From: Paramecium tetraurelia
Lineage: Eukaryota
Length of the DNA stretch: 20,000 nt
Direction: 5' to 3'
NCBI GenBank assembly: GCA_000165425.1
Contig: CT868018.1
Coordinates: 246,444 to 266,443 of the forward strand
Shown here: one piece after another, positions 1-14,540 of the stretch
Layout of the letters: every line of letters begins with the position of its first letter
Position numbering within the stretch: the stretch's first letter is position 1
Position numbers and translations under genes: made by a program
The notes under the pieces: model-generated
The model's input: only the letters and a program-made list of their open reading frames with translations
The model's database searches: none
What the model was told of the DNA's origin: nothing

Positions 1-744
1 ATATATTTTTAGTTTCTGCTGACATTTTTGAATGCTCTCCGTTAATAATTGGTGGCAATGAACATACTCTCTTTTTATTATCATAAATAACAGGGTAAAC
101 AGGAGAATTCTCGATTATCTTTAAATAACCCTTTAAGTATTAATCTTCCTATTATTGATAAGGAATATCATTACTCTTAATTTGCTAAATAAATCAATGC
201 AATTCATAGATTCAGTTTATTTTAGCGCTTAGAATACAATATCTTAAGGTGGTTATGCATCATAAAAGAAAGGTCCTTCTATCTTATCTAAATCATGAGT
301 TCCTATGGAAACTAAAGTTCTTTTTCTAGCGTAATTTTGATGAATTTTATCTTGAAATGATAAAAAGGATTTAAAACTATCTTCTGTTAGAGTAACATCT
401 CTCAATATTGCTCCAACAACAAACGGTCTAATCTATTGTGTCTATAAACAATTGATAATATAATTTACTGCAGCTTTCACATAAATTGTTTCTTTAGCAG
501 GAGTAAAATTATAGACTCTTTATTTTTCCAATCCCTAATATACTCTTAATGCATGCACTAAATTTTCTATGCATAATAAATCAGGTCTATTGGCTGCAAT
601 TTCAAAATATAATATATCTGGTTCTTCCTCTCTTTCTTCAGCTTCTATACCGAATCTGAAAACTAACTCTTCCAATTCTTCTTCATTTAATTCCTATCCC
701 AAAAGCTTAAAGAAAAGTTTTTTGTCAGATGATATTTTAGGCAT
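1..744 (-). CDS. FARSB: Phenylalanyl-tRNA synthetase beta subunit (cytosolic), 5' part; continues beyond window start
   Basis: Code-6 translation from ATG at 744: [125 protein letters not shown]. These are hallmark eukaryotic PheRS-beta motifs. GT-AG introns at 442-468 and 149-174. Confidence 0.95.
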
Positions 745-1240
745 AATTAAAATTTTATATATTTTATGGCAAACTTTTCGATCGTAAAATTCAAATATTA
801 CTTTTCTCAATCAGTTGAATCATTCCTTAGACCGCTTGCTATTTCACTAAATTAATCCATTAAGCTATTTAATTTCAATAGTTTGAACTATTTATTAATT
901 ACCATCATATTGCTATTTTAACTACAGCATTAATCTTTACTTCTTATATGCAAACTGTTTTTATCAATAACAAAACAAATATTATATCAGGTCGAGTTGA
1001 GCATTTAATCCAAATTAAAATATCAATATTATTTGTGTAGAAAAAGTATTGAACTTCTTGTTGAGAATTTAATAAGGCATAGATTAATAATAAAAATGAC
1101 TAATTCTATATTTTATTTCGCCTTAAAGCATAGATATATATTTAAAGTCATAATTAACTATATAATTTAAATATTTAATGAAATTAAGTTAAAAATTAAT
1201 AAAATAAAACTAAAATTGATAACAAAATAATATGATTCTT

Positions 1241-3467
1241 TCAATGATATTGATTTTTTTATTGTTGTTAGAATCTTAAATCATAATTTTTGCTTTTGAT
1301 AAGCTACTAAGAGCTTGTACGCCTATGATCTGGAAATTCATTAATTTAAAAAGGAGCATTTTACACTTCCATAGGTTTTGGTTTTTAAGAATTATGTACT
1401 CCAATATTGTTTTATTAGAAGTTCTAAAATCCTCCATGAATCGAATAAGGTCCACCCATTCCAGAATAAATTTGGCTATTTTCTGTTTATTCTATCTAAT
1501 TGCTCTGATTATTTGGTACTTCTTAGTTCCACGAATATTATTATTTTAAGGTTTGTTTAAACTGAAGATTTTGGATTTCAGCCTCTAAACTCCTGATTCT
1601 AGATTCCATCTAAAATAATTGTTCCTAAAAATATTAAAATTCATATACCTTTTCCCTTGCTAAATCATTTTCTAATTAATTATTTTTTTCTTAAAGCATA
1701 CTGTTTTATAAATGCAAGTTTTAAACTTCTCTATCTTTGGCATTGTTTTCAGAATCATATTTCATTTAAATTGCATCAAATTCCCTTTATTTCAAATCAT
1801 TTTAATTTTATGTCCTATGCAATTCATCCATTAAATTTTTCACTTCTTAATTTAATTGCTGCTTCTCTTGTTCTAACCTTCCTTGATTTTGTACGGCAAT
1901 GTTGTTTTACTCCTACTATTATTATAAATCTACAATATAACTATTGACTTCTACCTCTTTCTAATTAATTACATTTCTTTTCATACAGTAACAGATCATC
2001 ATGCATTTCTTTCATTTTCTATAATGTTATTGCTCTCTCATTTCTGAATTAGACTTCATTTTCTTAAGCACCTTTTAATTGGCTTTGCAGATGCACATAT
2101 TCATTTTCTAATTGAAGTAATGCAACTTCTCTTTTCTTTATTTCTTATTCTAATGATAATCCATAGTTTTTCCATCTATCAAGGGTTCCTTTTAAATCTG
2201 CAGATTATATTTGTGATTTAGATAAACTATCTTCAATCGATCTTTCAAGCTGATAACATTTATTTTGTAACATTTGGTTTTATGTATTTAATTGATTAAC
2301 TTATTCTTTCATCTTCCACATATCCTATTCTTATGATTAACTTTTGAGAGCTAACTTTTGATACTCATTCTTTCCTGTTTATATAGTCATTACATACTGG
2401 TCAATCTGTCTTTATTCTAAAATTTATATCAAAAATTACAGTCTGAAATTTATTATTGCATCTATCTTAATTTATTTTCATTCTATAAATTTACATTCTA
2501 TGCATTTTGTAGCTCTTTTTCTTTTTATTGAAGCTGGAGGATTTAATTTTTTAATTGATCATTCTAAAAATTGAGGTTTTAGATATTTTTCTATAGATTA
2601 TTTATCTAATCCTTGGATCCCTAATTTAGCTGATTGATTTTTTAAATTAACACTTAATTTTATTCTTATTGGTTTGTAAATTCTTTATTGATCATATCTA
2701 ATGCTTATTTCATCTTTCGATTATCGTTTAAGAGCGAATCGTTTTTTTAACTTTGTGCATCGTTATTTTATGTTAACTCTTTAAGCTGGGCCTTGAATTT
2801 CTCAATAGTATCTTTTTGTGTCTAAATCTCACTATCCTGAAATGAATTTTATCTTTTTTGTTCTTAAACCTGTTTATTAGCCATTGCAAGCTGCTACTCT
2901 AAATCAGAGATCTAAATTTCAAGTCCTTTATTTAGTTCCACTTGCTTTTTTAATTTTTATAAATCTAAAAGCTGATATTGATCATCCTAAATTGTATTCA
3001 TTAATCTCTTATTTTCATTTTTTAACTGAAACATTTGATCCCTAGAATATTTATATATATCATACTATAATCCTTATATTTCCGTATTATTAATCTTATC
3101 CCTATTACTTAATTGAAGACTATTATACTCAGATTTTATACTTATCGTTTTTCAACTTTTAGTTATCTTACTCTAAGGTTCTCCACTAATATCTAATTAC
3201 TGTTTGTAGCATACCTCAATGTTTCATTATCTTTCGTTAATCTTTGAATCTATTCTTCGTTTTCTTATTCTTTCATTGTTTATTACCCAATTAAAGGGTA
3301 ATTGAATTGTGGATATTGTTAAACTTAAGGAATGTTTTAAGAATAACCATAACTAGATGGTATAAATTGCTTACTTATTTGTTTGCGAAGATCTTCTTGG
3401 AACAAACCTAAAGTTTAATCATAAATGGAATACTCATTGTTATCTATGTTTTTAACATTTTATCCAT
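1241..3467 (-). CDS. Long Gln/Glu/Lys-rich coiled-coil protein of unknown function (~700 aa)
   Basis: Open in code 6 with heptad-like composition (DQMFQLKNENKRLMNTIQDD..ISDLEQQLAMANKQVQEQK). Short GT-AG introns, e.g. 3193-3214, 3120-3141, 1625-1648. TGA at 1241-1243. The 5' exon structure is inferred. Confidence 0.75.
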
Positions 3468-3942
3468 TTTATAAATTAGAAGTTCCTAATTATCGATTAG
3501 AACTTGGTTTGCTCCTTTCTTGATTTGAAATTTGAGCTTAAGAATTTGTTTCGAATTAGCTCATTTAGTACTTATAGAAATATTTTTTATAAACAAAATT
3601 ACTTTAAGAATACTTTATGATATCATATAATTTTATTGTATTAACGTTAATATGAATAAAGAAATGGCTCGGCTCTTATAAATTAAAAGCATCTAATGCA
3701 ATAATACAATTCATTTAATTTAATTATATTTCATTCTTAAGATTTATAATGATATTGACAATCATAAAAACTCAATACAAAATGACATTCGATATAATTT
3801 TACAGTTATTAAAGTAAATGTAATTCATTAAAATAATAATCTCAAATCTTTATCGTTATCTATAAATTATTTTATACAACTGGAGCACAATTAAGAACTT
3901 CAATGCATTTCTATTTTGTTGTAATGTATAAATTATATAAAT

Positions 3943-4830
3943 TCAAAATACAGATTAAAAAAATATTTTATTTTAAGATTAGAGCTATTGTTCAATAGAA
4001 AGTCTTTTAGAGTTTATATTTAATTTGCTTATTAAGAAATTGCTTGAAAAATTTGATCTACTCTATAATAAATTATTATTTTTAGTGTTATTAATTTTTA
4101 GTTTTAGCACTTCGATGAATTGATTTAAATCTTTCGGTGAATTATTTCCTAAAAGTTGAGGTTTACTGGATGATGTTTTTAATTACAATACTCGATCAAT
4201 CTCTTTAAATGGCGAGGGAGATGCTTTGAATTTCTTATTAGAACTCAGTTCTTTATAATTTGAAAAATTTAACTTTTTCTAATACCTATTTGATTAAATC
4301 GAATTGTCCTGATCAAAAAACTCAAGTATTTAATAGTTCAATTCTGATACCTTATTAGCAATTTCTTAAAACAAATGATATTGTTATTTTAAAGGCGATT
4401 ATATAATTTGACAGTTAGAATGAGATTTGAGAAGCTCTTTATTTTTTTAAATTTCTTACAACTGCAACCTCAGTTCATATTCTTGTTCTTATAAATAGCG
4501 ATTTCCTTTGTCCGCAACTTTTTTCAGAGTCTCCTTAATAGATTACATTAATTATTCTTAGTAACGTTGCACATTTTTTTGGAATTGCTTATAGTCATCT
4601 CTCAAATTCAACAATCTCTTTATGATTGTTTATTCCTTAAATGATAAATAATCGATTTGTTCTTTTTAATCAAAATGATCTGCATAATTCAATTATTCTT
4701 TTTAGGGTGAGATAAATGTTGGTGATTAAGCTTTATGTATTTTTGTTTCTACTTGTCTAAGTAGTTCTTAAGAGTCAATAGATAATCTAGATTCATCTTT
4801 CGATTTTGAAAACTCAAAATATTTATCCAT
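3943..4830 (-). CDS. Hypothetical protein, 295 aa, central coiled coil
   Basis: Uninterrupted 888-nt code-6 ORF, MDKYFEFSKSKDESRLSIDSQELLRQVE..RLLNLRDDYKQFQKNVQRYQEQLMQ.., ending TGA at 3943-3945. No family recognised. Confidence 0.7.
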
Positions 4831-5391
4831 ACTGTATTTATATAAAAAAATAATGAAAAAGTAGTAAATAAAATATTCATTACTCAAAATCCTACAATTA
4901 GCAAAAGCTATCTTAATGTACTTTTAAGAGTATTATAATTTCTTATTAATTATTTTACTCTATTTCATTTTCATTTAAAAAATAAGAACGTTATTCTCAT
5001 TATTATATACTTTTAAGCTTTATTTCAGGATAAATATTATATGTTAAGTTCATATTAATAAAGAGCTTTGCTAGCAATTAAATAAAAAATATTTCTAAAA
5101 ATAGATTGACTTTGTGAACATAATAATATTCTATTTTTTTGCATGTAAATATTGACTAGAAGGACCATAATAACTAATTATTGATGATGCAATATATAAA
5201 CCAATACTTCAAAGGAGATTCTAAATTCTGAAATTCTGAATTAAGTATTCAAATATAAAAATAATGATGGTTGAGCTATCGGAGATGAGTTATCGCTAAG
5301 AAGATCGTATATTGGTATTCTTTTGAAAATTTGATATATATTGGTTTGAGCGATGTTCAAATGAATTAAATTCAAAAAATATAATAAATTA

Positions 5392-7046
<1,655 letters not shown>

Positions 7047-7147
7047 ATATTTGTGCTGTTATCATTAATATTATATTAAAAATATTAAAATTTTATGGTA
7101 GAAGAAATTTCGAAATTTCAGATGAATAATTAGATATATGAATCAAA

Positions 7148-8296
7148 TCATTAACTCAAATCAGAATCACCAGCAGCAACTCTCATAGCAATGTATTCTT
7201 TTAAGTCTCTCATGTTGGAGTTCAAATGTCCGATCAAGTCAGAAACAGTTTATCTGTCTCCATCTCTTGCGGTTCTTCTTTATTAGTATTCATAAGCAGC
7301 TTATTAGCATTCTGCTCTTCTGTCATCTCTTTATTAGGTCTTGGCTTCAAGTCTGGCAGCATTGTCATCTTATGAGCTGTGAGTGGCAGCAAGTTGGTCG
7401 GCCAATGATTAGATTTCAGCTTCCAAATTAGCAATTGCAGAGTTAAGCTTGTTCATGTCTCTGTTCAAGAGGGTATTGTAGGCTTCATAAGCTTATCTTC
7501 TAGCATCTTCAGTCTTTCTGGCTAAATCGAAGGCTTAGTTCAATTAGTTTTATAAGTCATCGATCAATTGGATGATTCTTCCTGTTAACTCTTAATTGGC
7601 ATATTATTAAGATTTGGAAGCTAATGTAGCCATAAGTTTGATGGCTTTTCCGAAAGTTCTAATGTGTTTCATTTATCCGGCTTTGTGAGCAGCAGCATTT
7701 AAATGGGTAGCAACTTAAGCAAAGACTTATGGGGTATAGTGAACAGCTTCACTTGCTCCCTTTTATAAGAAAGCTGGGGCTTATAAATTGTCAGTGAAGA
7801 GTCTTCTAGCTTCAGCAAGAACACCTGAGACAAATGTGAATTCTTCTCTTTAAGCTTCAAAATCATCGTTTTATTCTTATCTCTTGGCTTAAGCTTCATC
7901 GATAACCTTTTAGAGGAGAGCCTTTTCAGCTAATTTGGCAACTCTTTATCCGACCTTTTAGTCATGGACTGGTTGGAGTTCATCGATTTTGGCTTATAAT
8001 TCTGTGTCTCTTTATTCAAGATTGGCGATTTCTTAGTTAAGACCAGCAAGATCAGCATCACAAACACCTTAGAAGGCTTTGTTTTCAGCATCATCTTCTC
8101 TTTAATCATTTTGATATCTCTCTTCCAAATCATAAAGTGTTGAGAAAATTCTTTCTAATGGTTCTCCTGTTTGCATTTGGATAGCAATTGTTTTCAACAA
8201 TGTCTTTCCGAGTTTGGATTGTTCGAGTTTCTCAAAAGCAGCTAAATTAGTAGCGAAGGCTGTTGCAACCAAAACTAACAAAATTATGGATTTCAT
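7148..8296 (-). CDS. Trichocyst matrix protein precursor (TMP; related to Tetrahymena Grl granule lattice proteins), 382 aa, intronless
   Basis: Signal peptide MKSIILLVLVATAFA and pro-region, then an acidic helical domain (GEPLERIFSTLYDLEERYQNDQREDD..C..), a basic spacer (AFLQKG..KHIRTFGKAIKLM) and a second domain (YANQELTGRIIQLIDDLQNQL..C..RDGDRQTVSDL). Higher GC and codon bias suggest high expression. Confidence 0.9.
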
Positions 8297-8797
8297 TTAA
8301 TTATACTTTTCTTTTCTTTAACTTAGTGATTTTAAACCGCATATTAAAGGAAAAACGAATTTCTCCTTTAAACTAACGTATTTAATAATTAGGAAATTAA
8401 TAATTCCTTTGTTGAAGAGTTAATTAATAATATATTAAATTATATAACATATATTTAATGTAACTAATCTAAGCAACTTACCTCTAGTTGTTTCATAAAA
8501 ACTTCAAACAACTATCTTATCTATTAAATAACCCATTCTAAAAGGATTTTCATTAATATGTTATTACTCTTCTCATTAGCACTTTATGCTTCTCATACTC
8601 TGCTAACTCTATTGGAACTGATATTTATGCACATTGGCATCTCGAAATTACTTTGATAAATGAGAAAAATGAAAAATGTAATTATGTTATGAATTATTAC
8701 GATTTTTCATTCATTTATTACTTTATAGTTTTAAATTAAAATTAAATAGCGCCGGTAAAGTGCGCGTAAAATAATTATTATTAAATTTCATCAAAAC

Positions 8798-9652
8798 ATG
8801 AGTTAATGCCCTATAGAGCATCATGATTAATAAAAAATCAAATATATCTGTATTGATCCAAAATGTACCCACGAATAAAAATTAGGTATAAAACTATTGA
8901 TTTGATTTATTTTAGGCTGTGCTGATTGTTTTTTAGAAAATCATATTTCATAAAATCCATAGAGTCATAGTCATACAAGAGTTCAAATATCGAAGTTTGA
9001 GGAGGATTTGAATTCAAAAATATTAAATGTAAGAAATCTTCAAATAGAACCAATCACTAATGATTCTAGTTAATTTGATGAAGATTTTAATATATGCTTA
9101 AATTAAGTAGCATCAAAGCTCAATAATTTTAAAGATGAGCTAAAGAAAGAAATGAATAATGATGTATTGAGTTTTGATGATCATGTTTATGAATTCAAAA
9201 ACACAATCCAAAATTAAATTGATCCAATACTTCCATGTCAAAATTCTACTGTTTTTACTTGTACTCCAGAAGAATTATCAAAAGCTATTTCATTTTACTA
9301 GGATTCAGATTAATTATCTTAAGTCATCTAAAAATAAATTGATTAAATTGAAAACCATAGAGAAAAAGTTTAACAAAATAAATAAAAAATAACCTCTAAA
9401 TTACAAAATGTAGTTGATTAAATGTTGAGATAATTAGACGAATATTAGGTCAAGAATTCTAATGGTGAGATTTAGGGAACTCCGGAAAAAGTCAATGTAT
9501 CTTAGACAGCTATTTTCTTAAGTGCAAGTAGTACAACTCAATCCCCACCTATAAAGACAATAATAGATGCTGCTAGATCGCGAAAAACTATTTTTCCCTA
9601 AACCTAATAATAGTAATAGTAATAAAAAAAAGGAATACGAAATAAAAATTGA
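8798..9652 (+). CDS. B-box-like zinc finger plus coiled-coil protein, 274 aa
   Basis: MSQCPIEHHDQQKIKYICIDPKCTHEQKLGCADCFLENH..H.H Cys/His pattern. One 30-nt intron at 8886-8915 containing an in-frame TGA. C-terminal polyQ. TGA at 9650-9652. Confidence 0.8.
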
Positions 9653-9689
9653 AATTATAATTAATGATATTTTATCAAATAAATTGGTC

Positions 9690-11100
9690 TTTTAAATATG
9701 ATATTGTTTATTGTTATGTTACAAAGAAATCATTTAGATATTGATTTTTCTTGTCTAACTGAGACCTTTTAGCAGATTGTCTTGACGAAAGTAATAGGCC
9801 AAAACTTTAAGCATACTAAATTTCTCTTTAACTTAATTACTTCATGATTTCATAAAATATAGAATTATTGAAATATTAGTAATTATTATTTATATCATAA
9901 TAAACCTAAACAGTAAATTTCCTCATTTATTTTATAAAAATCAATTTTAATATCTAACTATTGCTTATTTTGATGGAGCTAAGACTTAATTTACTCGATT
10001 CTGAACCATAATGCTTTCTGTGAAATCATTTAATTTATGTTCGATTGGTCTTGCATAATATCCTGTTTCTATCTAGTATTTTGTATTTCAGTAGGTTTAC
10101 TTGAATCTTTTTTATATAATCCGCAATCTGCTCAATTTACTATAATAGAGAAAACAATTACTTTTATTACTCTTCTATGATTTACTATTATTTTATCATT
10201 ATTATTATTATAGCATTTATTACTATTATTTCAATTATTATAATTATTATTCGCCGAATTAATTATTATTCTCTTAAGTATAATCCTTCATCTGATTTTT
10301 TTCTAAAGGAATAGTATTGTTGAAAAATTGAAATATTATCAAATTAATATTTAATAAGTCAAGGTTAAAAAATCATTTTATGCAAGATTTGATTATTATT
10401 CTGATCCTGGTACTAATAGTTATATTAAAGGCTTTTATTACTACTAAATGATATTTTAAGAATCTTAGATAACTCAAGTCTTAAAGGAGAGAAGTTGCTG
10501 GTGCAATAAGTCAGATTTTTATCAAGATCTTATGAATTCTTAAATATGATAAAATATGTATTACAATATCTCTTATTTCAAATCCATAGTGTAGATCTAA
10601 TTGAAGCATATTTTTTTGTTAATTTTATTATATCATCCATATAGATTCTTAAAAACGTTCTTCTAATAATTGTTCATGAAATTAAGGAGGATTTAAATTT
10701 AATGAATTGCAATAAAAACTACTTTTTAGTGTCATTAATTCAACCATAGTTGTACCTTAAAGAATATATTTGATTTTGTAGGACACAAGATTTATATTTT
10801 TAAGTTTAATTTGTTCAGAAAATAAGAACTAATTAGGATGATGATAATAATGTACAGAAATTTATCAATTAATTCCTCAATCTAACCCTCTCTACTAATT
10901 AAATTTGATTAATTAACAAATTACAAAACTGGAAGAAATTGTGAGAAGGATATATCGTAACATTATTCTATTAAATTTTAATAACTGAATTCAGTAAAGT
11001 AGATTAAATAAACGATAATTTATGATATCAACATCTTATTTAACAAACTACATGTAAATTATATGTATGAAACAAACGTCAAAAATAATTTTATTCTCTT
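9690..11100 (-). pseudogene. Probable decayed protein-coding gene relic with a Gln-rich tract
   Basis: Coding-like stretches (HEQLLEERFQESIWMIQQNQQKNMLQLDLHYGFEIRD; FGEQQLQQLKQQQQMLQQQQ) and intron-like GT..AG (10140-10161). TGA stops occur in all three frames, and frame switches are not explained by introns. Boundaries approximate. Confidence 0.45.
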
Positions 11101-11252
11101 CATTTTTATAGGGATAACCAATTTAATAATTTAGAGAAGATTTTCAAATATAGAAATAAATAAATGGTTAAAAATGCTATCATTTTCACTTTATAAGCTC
11201 ACCCTTGACCATCATACATCAAGAATAAATATTTATTATATAATTTTAACTA

Positions 11253-13157
11253 TCATAGCAATCTAACCATTAATTATTCTAGTATTCCATATGAGAGGCC
11301 CTCTGATGATTTATCAGTCATTAATTCTGTGTGTGCGTATCTAGCAAAACCTCTATAATCCTTTAAGTATTCGATTGCTTTTTGAAGCAAGAGGTAATAA
11401 TTGCTGAGTCCTTTTAAAATATATCCTGGCAATTAAATCTAAATTTAATTATTTATATACTTCCTCTGCTATTGGAGAATCTAGATTAATATTTTAGAAA
11501 TTTTATTATCTAAAGTAATTTTTTATTTCACTTAGGCTTTGTTTAATATACTATTATGTAATCCGATAAAATGTTTCTGTCTCTGTAAAATCTTAGTTTA
11601 AAAGACATACAAAAGTTGTATCCTTTTATAATTCTTGAATATGATTATAGAAATACCTGATTTAGAGCTGCATAGTTTTAACAATTTATCAAAATACTTT
11701 GTATATTTTTCATTATATTCAGTAATAGCTTAAGTAAATTTTTAATAAGAATCTGTTTTTTTGTAAGAAATAAAGTCTTCTAATTGTAAGCAATTTGGTT
11801 AATTATTTTCTTTATCAGTAATTTAATTGAGTTTTGTAATTTTAATTGCTATATTTTTACCCATCAGAAATAGTAATTTATCTTTTACTTCCGTGCTAAT
11901 TACTTTACATTAAAGTAGACTTGAAGAGAACTTATAGAGAAACCTACAAAAATTTACTTGAGTAAACAAAATATCATTATTAACTTTGCATTCCATTATT
12001 ATTCCTATTGGTTTTATATCTTCAGCAGGTTATGTCTTTTATTTAATATAATGTTTTTGAACTTATTATTAACTAGTAGACCTTTGCACATTCTATTATT
12101 ATGTTTATAATGGTTATCTATTGTTCTCAACTTATGTAGGTTTCTGAGGTTATTAATTTTATTATTGATGGTAGTTTTCTTTGTTTTCTCTATATCTGAT
12201 CTCTTATTTACCCCCTTGACTAAGGGATCTTTTAACTCTTTGTTATTATTATTATTCGTTTGGAGGAGGAGTGATTGCTTATCTTTGTTATTACTAGCGA
12301 GGGTATTATTGTTATTAAGGTTAAGAAGGACTGATCTATTGCCTTAACAGTTAATGATTAGCCATATCGCGGACTCTCATTCTTCTACCATCATCAACAG
12401 TTAAACATTATCTGATAAAATCTTTAGCAGCAGATGAAATTTAAGGGTGAGATGGTAAATGAAGAGGCTGATTCATTATATTAGAAATCAATGCTGCTTC
12501 TGATTAACCATTAAAAGGAGTTCTTCCAAATAGCATTTCATAAAATACTACTCCAACTGCCCATACATCTCCTTATTCAGTATGTCCCTACTATCTCAAA
12601 GCTTATGGACTCATATATAGAGGAGTTCCAACATTGAAATTCCTGCCTTACACTCTAGCCTCATGTACAGGAACAGCAAAACCGAAATCAGCTAACTTTG
12701 GTATTGAGTGATCAATTAAGATGTTGGCAGGCTTAATATCTCTGTGAATAAAACCTTTTTTATTCATTTCTATCAATGCTGAAACGACGCATTATAATAT
12801 TCTTGTCGCTTCTTATTCATCTAATCTTCCTTTTTTACGAATGTAATTATTGAGATCTCCAGAGTCGCAATATTCTGTGATTATATAAGTGTTATTCTAG
12901 GTTTGAAAGACATCATGCAATTTCATTATATTTTTGTTATTAAATGAACGAAGAGCATTGATTTCATTTTTTAATAATTAAGAGTGAATTGATTGTTTGA
13001 TCATTTTCATATCAATCACCTTTACAGCCACTGGTTCTTGGGAAACATCGTCCTTTCCCTTATAAACTTTGCTGCTAAAACCTCTTCCGATTTCCTCATT
13101 TAGTATATAGCTGTAATGATCAATTTGTTTTCTTGTTATGTTTTATCTTCTATACAT
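11253..13157 (-). CDS. Ser/Thr protein kinase, ULK/Atg1-like ciliate family, 619 aa
   Basis: IGRGFSSKVYKG, VAVK, ITEYCDSGDL, HRDIKPANILI, LADFGFA, GTPLYMSPQ, DVWAVGVVFYEMLFGRTPF, then a Gln-rich linker and helical C-terminal domain. Introns 11634-11656 and 11439-11460 give 1860 nt. The subfamily call is an inference. Confidence 0.9.
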
Positions 13158-13388
13158 GTTAAAATTAACGATATTATTAAAAAATTAAAACACTCTTTCA
13201 ACTGTTAAGGATATTAAAATTTTTGAAAACCATATTAATTAGATGCCTTTTATGTGAGTTGATTACATACATAATATGAATTTGGTTTTGATTTTAGGAA
13301 GAATATAAAAGCAATAAAATGCGAAATATGATATTTTAATTGATTATAAGCAAAAATAAGGAAGATATATATTTTGAAATTTATTTTA

Positions 13389-14524
13389 ATGTATTATCCT
13401 TAAGGCATACCTTAATATTTTCCTCGTTCAGTGTACCAACCTTAACACCTGCCATACCGACCTTAATACTACCCTTATGTGCCACAATACTTTCCACAAT
13501 AGTCAATATATGCCTCCTATAATGGATTTCAAATTCCCAGAACTAATGTTCCACCTGTTCACCCTATGGCTAGTCAAGCAATTCAATCTCCAAATAAGAA
13601 TTTTCAGAGTCCAACCAGAGGATTTGCCTCACCAACAAAAAATCATCTCATGCAATCTTAATAATAACAGCCATAAAATAAAACAACTTAATAATAACAA
13701 CTGTAATCACCTACAAGATCTGGGTATTTAACTTACGAATAAGTGATGGACAGAATTCAAAAAGCCAACACTTAATCGTAATCATTTTAGCCGTCGCAAT
13801 GTAATAAATCTATCACTATTTTAGAATCGGCCCATTAGCCTTAAACTTAATAGAAATCGCAAAATGGTCAAATTCCTAAATCATAATAATAACAACCTAA
13901 TTAACATTAAATTCACTTGTAATAGCCAAATCAACAGTAGACATAACAAAACAAAACCCCAAACAAATAAATATCTGAAAAAATAGAAGATTAACAAAGG
14001 CAACCAACACCACCAAAAGATGCAGAATTTGAGGCTGGAGATGGAGAACTAGAAGGTATCATCCTTTTTTAAATTTTAAGAGTTGGCTTTATAATATGAA
14101 GACGGTTATATTTATAGAGGACAAGGTTTTCCTCCATAAACCAGAAGTGGATTCGGAATTTTAACAGATAGCGAAGGTCAAGAAGTATATGCTGGATATT
14201 GGAAAGACAATTTTTATGAGGGTGATGGAAAATTACGCAATTTGTAGGTTGAATAAATAAATGGACCTTATGATTACACAAATATGACAAGTATTGGAAA
14301 TGGCTGGGAATTTTATGAAGGTATTATTTGCTAATATTGTACTAGGTAAGTTTGAGGGTGGTAAAATGCATGGTGAAGGCACTTTAGTGTTATCAAATTA
14401 AGAAAAATACATTGGTTAATTTGATGATGGAATGATACATGGGGAAGGTGAATTTATAACTAATAATGATAATGCAGTGAAAGCACAATGGAATTAAGGA
14501 ATTTTAGAATAGTATATTGAATGA
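13389..14524 (+). CDS. MORN-repeat protein with Pro/Gln/Tyr-rich low-complexity N-terminus, 361 aa
   Basis: MORN units YAGYWKDNFYEGDG, YEGKFEGGKMHGEG, YIGQFDDGMIHGEG. Introns 14056-14080 and 14321-14345. TGA at 14522-14524. Confidence 0.9.
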
Positions 14525-14540
14525 TTTATTATTTTTTTCT

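Noticed and set aside
3652..4047. Plus-strand code-6 ORF starting MNKEMARLLQ
   Set aside because: With one stop codon, such ORFs arise by chance. The composition is AT-noise-like and it overlaps the 3' end of the minus-strand gene.
8458..8700. Possible small ORFs between the TMP and zinc-finger genes
   Set aside because: No recognisable motif. One frame runs into the downstream gene and the other is only 32 aa. At most a relic.
10160..10270. (TTA)n-like and other TAA/TAG triplet runs as microsatellite or CRISPR-like arrays
   Set aside because: These are polyglutamine codons in code 6. There is no repeat-spacer structure, and the DNA is eukaryotic.
12590..12630. Kinase APE motif reading SPQ as a sign of a pseudokinase or recoding
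   Set aside because: The Gln codon here is ordinary CAA. VAVK, HRD and DFG are intact, and YMSPQ is a familiar variant in ciliate ULK-like kinases.
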